From: Auanema rhodensis
Lineage: Eukaryota > Animalia > Nematoda
DNA: 64,000 nt
Assembly (NCBI GenBank): GCA_964057225.1
Contig: OZ059896.1
Coordinates: 19,282,001 to 19,346,000, forward strand
Direction: 5' to 3'
Within the stretch, counting starts at the first letter, position 1. Each line of letters begins with the position of its first letter. The notes beneath the pieces are model-generated. The model was not told the origin of the DNA, ran no database searches, and was given only the letters and a program-made list of their open reading frames with translations. Made by a program: the position numbers and the translations under genes. Below, in pieces: positions 55,151-64,000 of this stretch.

Positions 55151-58100
55151 CTTAATACAAAAATTAGTTATGATCGTTTGAAAAATGATGCATTAGTGTA
55201 TGTTGAGTTTCCATGTACACTCAACATTGCTTCCAAAAACATTTTGACAAAAATTTTTTCGAAAAATTTCAAAATAATTTAGCAAAAAGTAGATGTTTTT
55301 AGATTCCTTTTTTCAAGGCAAAGACGATGGACAATGTTATTCAACGAAAAAATTAATTCTTCAGGGTGAAAATCGAGGATATAAGTGTGAACTTATATCA
55401 GTTGATATCTCGGTGCATTTTTAAGCTAGCGCAAATCTGATAACACAGATCGACGCAGCTTAAAAATCCGCATCGAATGCACTATACTACATTGAGAAAC
55501 GCTCAATACAAAAATTAGTTATGATCGTTTGAAAAATGATGCATTAGTGTATGTTGAGTTTCCATGTACACTCAACATTGCTTCCAAAAACATTTTGACA
55601 AAAATTTTTTCGAAAAATTTCAAAATAATTTAGCAAAAAGTAGATGTTTTCAGATTTCTTTTTTCAAGGCAAAGACGATGGACAATGTTATTCAACGAAA
55701 AAATTAATTCTTCAGGGTGAAAATCGAGGATATAAGTGTAAACTTATATCAGTTGATATCTCGGTGCATTTTTAAGCTAGCTCAAATCTGATAACACAGA
55801 TCGACGCAGCTTAAAAATCCGCATCGAATGCACTATACTACATTGAGAAACGCTTAATACAAAAATTAGTTATGATCGTTTGAAAAATGATGCATTAGTG
55901 TATGTTGAGTTTCCATGTACACTCAACATTGCTTCCAAAAACATTTTGACAAAAATTGTTTCGAAAAATTTCAAAATAATTTAGCAAAAAGTAGATGTTT
56001 TTGGATTCCTTTTTTCAAGGCAAAGACGATGGACAACGTTATTCAACGAAAAAATTAATTCTTCAGGGTGAAAATCGAGGATATAAGTGTGAACTTATAT
56101 CAGTTGATATCTCGGTGCATTTTTAAGCTAGCGCAAATCTGATAACACAGATCGACGCAGCTTAAAAATCCGCATCGAATGCACTATACTACATTGAGAA
56201 ACGCTTAATACAAGAATTAGTTATGATCGTTTGAAAAATGATGCATTAGTGTATGTTGAGTTTCCATGTACACTCAACATTGCTTCCAAAAACATTTTGA
56301 CAAAAATTTTTTCGAAAAATTTCAAAATAATTTAGCAAAAAGTAGATGTTTTTAGATTCCTTTTTTCAAGGCAAAGACGATGGACAATGTTATTCAACGA
56401 AAAAATTAATTCTTCAAGGTGAAAATCGAGGATATAAGTGTGAACTTATATCAGTTGATATCTCGGTGCATTTTTAAGCTAGCGCAAATCTGATAACACA
56501 GATCGACGCAGCTTAAAAATCCGCATCGAATGCACTATACTACATTGAGAAACGCTTAATACAAGAATTAGTTATGATCGTTTGAAATATGATGCATTAG
56601 TGTATGTTGAGTTCCCATGTACACTCAACATTGCTTCCAAAAACATTTTGACAAAAATTTTTTCGAAAAATTTCAAAATAATTTAGCAAAAAGTAGATGT
56701 TTTTAGATTCCTTTTTTCAAAGCAAAGACGATGGACAATGTTATTCAACGAAAAAATTAATTCTTCAGGGTGAAAATCGAGGATATAAGTGTGAACTTAT
56801 ATCAGTTGATATCTCGGTGCATTTTTAAGCTAGCGCAAATCTGATAACACAGATCGACGCAGCTTAAAAATCCGCATCGAATGCACTATACTACATTGAG
56901 AAACGCTTAATACAAGAATTAGTTATGATCGTTTGAAATATGATGCATTAGTGTATGTTGAGTTTCCATGTACACTCAACATTGCTTCCAAAAACATTTT
57001 GACAAAAATTTTTTCGAAAAATTTCAAAATAATTTAGCAAAAAGTAGATGTTTTTAGATTCCTTTTTTCAAGGCAAAGACGATGGACAATGTTATTCAAC
57101 GAAAAAATTAATTCTTCAGGGTGAAAATCGAGGATATAAGTGTGAACTTATATCAGTTGATATCTCGGTGCATTTTTAAGCTAGCGCAAATCTGATAACA
57201 CAGATCGACGCAGCTTAAAAATCCGCATCGAATGCACTATACTACATTGAGAAACGCTCAATACAAAAATTAGTTATGATCGTTTGAAAAATGATGCATT
57301 AGTGTATGTTGAGTTTCCATGTACACTCAACATTGCTTCCAAAAACATTTTGACAAAAATTTTTTCGAAAAATTTCAAAATAATTTAGCAAAAAGTAGAT
57401 GTTTTCAGATTTCTTTTTTCAAGGCAAAGACGATGGACAATGTTATTCAACGAAAAAATTAATTCTTCAGGGTGAAAATCGAGGATATAAGTGTAAACTT
57501 ATATCAGTTGATATCTCGGTGCATTTTTAAGCTAGCGCAAATCTGATAACACAGATCGACGCAGCTTAAAAATCCGCATCGAATGCACTATACTACATTG
57601 AGAAACGCTTAATACAAAAATTAGTTATGATCGTTTGAAAAATGATGCATTAGTGTATGTTGAGTTTCCATGTACACTCAACATTGCTTCCAAAAACATT
57701 TTGACAAAAATTGTTTCGAAAAATTTCAAAATAATTTAGCAAAAAGTAGATGTTTTTGGATTCCTTTTTTCAAGGCAAAGACGATGGACAACGTTATTCA
57801 ACGAAAAAATTAATTCTTCAGGGTGAAAATCGAGGATATAAGTGTGAACTTATATCAGTTGATATCTCGGTGCATTTTTAAGCTAGCGCAAATCTGATAA
57901 CACAGATCGACGCAGCTTAAAAATCCGCATCGAATGCACTATACTACATTGAGAAACGCTTAATACAAGAATTAGTTATGATCGTTTGAAAAATGATGCA
58001 TTAGTGTATGTTGAGTTTCCATGTACACTCAACATTGCTTCCAAAAACATTTTGACAAAAATTTTTTCGAAAAATTTCAAAATAATTTAGCAAAAAGTAG

Positions 58101-58261
58101 ATGTTTTTAGATTCCTTTTTTCAAGGCAAAGACGATGGACAATGTTATTCAACGAAAAAATTAATTCTTCAGGGTGAAAATCGAGGATATAAGTGTGAAC
58201 TTATATCAGTTGATATCTCGGTGCATTTTTAAGCTAGCGCAAATCTGATAACACAGATCGA

Positions 58262-58445
58262 CGCAGCTTAAAAATCCGCATCGAATGCACTATACTACAT
58301 TGAGAAACGCTTAATACAAGAATTAGTTATGATCGTTTGAAAAATGATGCATTAGTGTATGTTGAGTTTCCATGTACACTCAACATTGCTTCCAAAAACA
58401 TTTTGACAAAAATTAAGCTAGCGCAAATCTGATAACACAGATCGA
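58262..58445 (+). repeat. Truncated 184-bp monomer (167-bp deletion of monomer pos ~154-320)
   Basis: The junction 'ttttgacaaaaatt|aagctagcgc' at 58414/58415 joins pos 153 to pos 321. The next monomer starts at 58446 instead of 58613. Confidence 0.97.
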
Positions 58446-61400
58446 CGCAGCTTAAAAATCCGCATCGAATGCACTATACTACATTGAGAAACGCTCAATA
58501 CAAAAATTAGTTATGATCGTTTGAAAAATGATGCATTAGTGTATGTTGAGTTTCCATGTACACTCAACATTGCTTCCAAAAACATTTTGACAAAAATTTT
58601 TTCGAAAAATTTCAAAATAATTTAGCAAAAAGTAGATGTTTTTGGATTCCTTTTTTCAAGGCAAAGACGATGGACAACGTTATTCAACGAAAAAATTAAT
58701 TCTTCAGGGTGAAAATCGAGGATATAAGTGTGAACTTATATCAGTTGATATCTCGGTGCATTTTTAAGCTAGCGCAAATCTGATAACACAGATCGACGCA
58801 GCTTAAAAATCCGCATCGAATGCACTATACTACATTGAGAAACGCTTAATACAAGAATTAGTTATGATCGTTTGAAAAATGATGCATTAGTGTATGTTGA
58901 GTTTCCATGTACACTCAACATTGCTTCCAAAAACATTTTGACAAAAATTTTTTCGAAAAATTTCAAAATAATTTAGCAAAAAGTAGATGTTTTAAGATTC
59001 CTTTTTTCAAGGCAAAGACGATGGACAATGTTATTCAACGAAAAAATTAATTCTTCAGGGTGAAAATCGAGGATATAAGTGTGAACTTATATCAGTTGAT
59101 ATCTCGGTGCATTTTTAAGCTAGCGCAAATCTGATAACACAGATCGACGCAGCTTAAAAATCCGCATCGAATGCACTATACTACATTGAGAAACGCTTAA
59201 TACAAGAATTAGTTATGATCGTTTGAAATATGATGCATTAGTGTATGTTGAGTTCCCATGTACACTCAACATTGCTTCCAAAAACATTTTGACAAAAATT
59301 TTTTCGAAAAATTTCAAAATAATTTAGCAAAAAGTAGATGTTTTTAGATTCCTTTTTTCAAGGCAAAGACGATGGACAATGTTATTCAACGAAAAAATTA
59401 TTTCTTCAGGGTGAAAATCGAGGATATAAGTGTGAACTTATATCAGTTGATATATCGGTGCATTTTTAAGCTAGCGCAAATCTGATAACACAGATCGACG
59501 CATCTTAAAAATCCGCATCGAATGCACTATACTACATTGAGAAACGCTTAATACAAAAATTAGTTATGATCGTTTGAAAAATGATGCATTAGTGTATGTT
59601 GAGTTTCCATGTACACTCAACATTGCTTCCAAAAACATTTTGACAAAAATTGTTTCGAAAAATTTCAAAATAATTCAGCAAAAAGTAGATGTTTTTGGAT
59701 TCTTTTTTTCAAGGCAAAGACGATGGACAACGTTATTCAACGAAAAAATTAATTCTTCAGGGTGAAAATCGAGGATATAAGTGTGAACTTATATCAGTTG
59801 ATATCTCGGTGCATTTTTAAGCTAGCGCAAATCTGATAACACAGATCGACGCAGCTTAAAAATCCGCATCGAATGCACTATACTACATTGAGAAACGCTT
59901 AATACAAGAATTAGTTATGATCGTTTGAAAAATGATGCATTAGTGTATGTTGAGTTTCCATGTACACTCAACATTGCTTCCAAAAACATTTTGACAAAAA
60001 TTTTTTCGAAAAATTTCAAAATAATTTAGCAAAAAGTAGATGTTTTTAGATTCCTTTTTTCAAGGCAAAGACGATGGACAATGTTATTCAACGAAAAAAT
60101 TAATTCTTCAGGGTGAAAATCGAGGATATAAGTGTGAACTTATATCAGTTGATATCTCGGTGCATTTTTAAGCTAGCGCAAATCTGATAACACAGATCGA
60201 CGCAGCTTAAAAATCCGCATCGAATGCACTATACTACATTGAGAAACGCTTAATACAAGAATTAGTTATGATCGTTTGAAATATGATGCATTAGTGTATG
60301 TTGAGTTCCCATGTACACTCAACATTGCTTCCAAAAACATTTTGACAAAAATTTTTTCGAAAAATTTCAAAATAATTTAGCAAAAAGTAGATGTTTTTAG
60401 ATTCCTTTTTTCAAGGCAAAGACGATGGACAATGTTATTCAACGAAAAAATTATTTCTTCAGGGTGAAAATCGAGGATATAAGTGTGAACTTATATCAGT
60501 TGATATATCGGTGCATTTTTAAGCTAGCGCAAATCTGATAACACAGATCGACGCAGCTTAAAATACCGCATCGAATGCACTATACTACATTGAGAAACGC
60601 TTAATACAAAACTTAGTTATGATCGTTTGAAAAATGATGCATTAGTGTATGTTGAGTTTCCATGTACACTCAACATTGCTTCCAAAAACATTTTGACAAA
60701 AATTTTTTTGAAAAATTTCAAAATAATTTAGCAAAAAGTAGATGTTTTTAGATTCCTTTTTTCAAGGCAAAGACGATGGACAATGTTATTCAACGAAAAA
60801 ATTATTTCTTCAGGGTGAAAATCGAGGATATAAGTGTGAACTTATATCAGTTGATACATCGGTGCATTTTTAAGCTAGCGCAAATCTGATAACACAGATC
60901 GACGCAGCTTAAAATACCGCATCGAATGCACTATACTACATTGAGAAACGCTTAATACAAAACTTAGTTATGATCGTTTGAAAAATGATGCATTAGTGTA
61001 TGTTGAGTTTCCATGTACACTCAACATTGCTTCCAAAAACATTTTGACAAAAATTTTTTCGAAAAATTTCAAAATAATTTAGCAAAAAGTAGATGTTTTT
61101 AGATTCCTTTTTTCAAGGCAAAGACGATGGACAATGTTATTCAACGAAAAAATTAATTCTTCAGGGTGAAAATCGAGGATATAAGTGTGAACTTATATCA
61201 GTTGATATCTCGGTGCATTTTTAAGCTAGCGCAAATCTGATAACACAGATCGACGCAGCTTAAAAATCCGCATCGAATGCACTATACTACATTGAGAAAC
61301 GCTTAATACAAAAATTAGTTATGATCGTTTGAAAAATGATGCATTAGTGTATGTTGAGTTTCCATGTACACTCAACATTGCGTCCAAAAACATTTTGACA

Positions 61401-64000
61401 AAAATTTTTTCGAAAAATTTCAAAATAATTTAGCAAAAAGTAGATGTTTTTAGATTCCTTTTTTCAAGGCAAAGACGATGGACAATGTTATTCAACGAAA
61501 AAATTATTTCTTCAGGGTGAAAATCGAGGATATAAGTGTGAACTTATATCAGTTGATACATCGGTGCATTTTTAAGCTAGCGCAAATCTGATAACACAGA
61601 TCGACGCAGCTTAAAATACCGCATCGAATGCACTATACTACATTGAGAAACGCTTAATACAAAACTTAGTTATGATCGTTTGAAAAATGATGCATTAGTG
61701 TATGTTGAGTTTCCATGTACACTCAACATTGCTTCCAAAAACATTTTGACAAAAATTTTTTCGAAAAATTTCAAAATAATTTAGCAAAAAGTAGATGTTT
61801 TTAGATTTCTTTTTTCAAGGCAAAGACGATGGACAATGTTATTCAACGAAAAAATTAATTCTTCAGGGTGAAAATCGAGGATATAAGTGTGAACTTATAT
61901 CAGTTGATATCTCGGTGCATTTTTAAGCTAGCGCAAATCTGATAACACAGATCGACGCAGCTTAAAAATCCGCATCGAATGCACTATACTACATTGAGAA
62001 ACGCTTAATACAAAAATTAGTTATGATCGTTTGAAAAATGATGCATTAGTGTATGTTGAGTTTCCATGTACACTCAACATTGCGTCCAAAAACATTTTGA
62101 CAAAAATTTTTTCGAAAAATTTCAAAATAATTTAGCAAAAAGTAGATGTTTTTAGTTTCCTTTTTTCAAGGCAAAGACGATGGACAATGTTATTCAACAA
62201 AAAAATTAATTCTTCAGGGTGAAAATCGAGGATATAAGTGTGAACTTATATCAGTTGATATCTCGGTGCATTTTTAAGCTAGCGCAAATCTGATAACACA
62301 GATCGACGCAGCTTAAAAATCCGCATCGAATACACTTTACTACATTGAGAAACGCTTAATACAAAAATTAGTTATGATCGTTTGAAAAATGATGCATTAG
62401 TGTATGTTGAGTTTCCATATACACTCAACATTGCTTCCAAAAACATTTTGACAAAAATTTTTTCGAAAAATTTCAAAATAATTTAGCAAAAAGTAGATGT
62501 TTTTAGATTCCTTTTTTCAAGGCAAAGACGATGGACAATGTTATTCAACGAAAAAATTAATTCTTCAGGGTGAAAATCGAGGATATAAGTGTGAACTTAT
62601 ATCAGTTGATATCTCGGTGCATTTTTAAGCTAGCGCAAATCTGATAACACAGATCGACGCAGCTTAAAAATCCGCATCGATTGCACTATACTACATTGAA
62701 AAACGCTTAATACACAAATTAGTTATGATCGTTTGAAAAATGATGCATTAGTGTATGTTGAGTTTCCATGTACACTCAACATTGCTTCCAAAAACATTTT
62801 GACAAAAATTTTTTCGAAAAATTTCAAAATAATTTAGCAAAAAGTAGATGTTTTTAGATTCCTTTTTTCAAGGCAAAAACGATGGACAATGTTATTCAAC
62901 GAAAAAATTATTTCTTCAGGGTGAAAATCGAGGATATAAGTGTGAACTTATATCAGTTGATATATCGGTGCATTTTTAAGCTAGCGCAAATCTGATAACA
63001 CAGATCGACGCAGCTTAAAATACCGCATCGAATGCACTATACTACATTGAGAAACGCTTAATACAAAAATTAGTTATGATCGTTTGAAAAATGATGCATT
63101 AGTGTATGTTGAGTTTCCATGTACACTCAACATTGCTTCCAAAAACAATTTGACAAAAATTTTTTCGAAAAATTTCAAAATAATTTAGCAAAAAGTAGAT
63201 GTTTTTAGATTCCTTTTTTCAAGGCAAAGACGATGGACAATGTTATTCAACGAAAAAATTAATTCTTCAGGGTGAAAATCGAGGATATAAGTGTGAACTT
63301 ATATCAGTTGATATCTCGGTGCATTTTTAAGCTAGCGCAAATCTGATAACACAGATCGACGCATCTTAAAAATCCGCATCGAATGCACTATACTACATTG
63401 AGAAACGCTTAATACAAAAATTAGTTATGATCGTTTGAAAAATGATGCATTAGTGTATGTTGAGTTTCCATGTACACTCAACATTGCTTCCAAAAACATT
63501 TTGACAAAACTTTTTTCGAAAAATTTCAAAATAATTTAGCAAAAAGTAGATGTTTTTAGATTCCTTTTTTCAAGGCAAAGACGATGGACAATGTTATTCA
63601 ACGAAAAAATTAATTCTTCAGGGTGAAAATCGAGGATATAAGTGTGAACTTATATCAGTTGATATCTCGGTGCATTGTTAAGCTAGCGCAAATCTGATAA
63701 CACAGATCGACGCAGCTTAAAAATCCGCATCGAATGCACTTTACTACATTGAGAAACGCTTAATACAAAAATTAGTTATGATCGTTTGAAAAATGATGCA
63801 TTAGTGTATGTTGAGTTTCCATATACACTCAACATTGCTTCCAAAAACATTTTGACAAAAATTTTTTCGAAAAATTTCAAAATAATTTAGCAAAAAGTAG
63901 ATGTTTTTAGATTCCTTTTTTCAAGGCAAAGACGATGGACAATGTTATTCAACGAAAAAATTAATTCTTCAGGGTGAAAATCGAGGATATAAGTGTGAAC

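Larger units (their letters stand above)
1..64000. repeat. Satellite DNA array, 351-bp monomer, 182 complete copies plus a 290-bp partial copy; runs off both window ends
   Basis: Anchor 'cgcagcttaa' recurs at 1, 352, 703, 1054, 1405, 1756, 2107 ... 63360, 63711. The arithmetic closes exactly: 63710 = 182x351 - 7 (1-bp deletions) + 2 (insertion) - 167 (deletion). No inverted block or foreign sequence was seen. Confidence 0.99.

Noticed and set aside
59574-59765. 63-aa ORF (MKNDALVYVEF...) from the ORF track
   Set aside because: It begins at TTG (monomer pos 76) and exists only because a private T>C at 59676 turns the in-frame TAG (pos 178-180) of the other full-length monomers into CAG. It has no recognisable domain and no gene context, so it is a chance stop-loss in satellite DNA.
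1-64000. CRISPR array or repeat-spacer system
   Set aside because: There are palindromic segments but no unique spacers. The entire 351 bp is repeated and there are no cas-like ORFs.
1-64000. Tandem 5S rRNA, tRNA, snRNA or spliced-leader gene array
   Set aside because: The unit size is compatible, but I could not recognise a 5S sequence, tRNA cloverleaf, Pol III A/B boxes or a known leader. An Infernal/Rfam scan would be the decisive test.

Overview
The whole 64,000-bp window is one uninterrupted head-to-tail tandem array of a 351-bp AT-rich monomer (110/351 G+C, about 31%, counted by hand). It is satellite DNA of the kind found in eukaryotic (peri)centromeric heterochromatin. With monomer position 1 set at window base 1 (cgcagcttaaaaatccgcat...acacagatcga), the register gives 182 complete monomers plus a final 290-bp partial one. 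All are in the same orientation and most differ from consensus by only a few substitutions. The only length changes are seven 1-bp deletions, one 2-bp insertion and one 167-bp deletion. I found no credible protein-coding gene, RNA gene, transposon insertion or CRISPR array. The single ORF arises from a stop-loss SNP in one monomer. I cannot assign the family or organism from memory, and I see no novel gene system. The interesting signal is structural: (1) a hidden ~17.5-kb (50-monomer) near-perfect tandem duplication; (2) many nested 2- to 7-monomer duplications with no fixed higher-order period; (3) a monomer packed with inverted repeats, including a long hairpin across the monomer junction; (4) a ~66-bp nearly invariant box next to tri-allelic hotspots; (5) a weak internal ~189-bp offset similarity suggesting an ancient dimer; (6) a single 184-bp truncated monomer. 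All variant calls were read by eye and should be confirmed by alignment.
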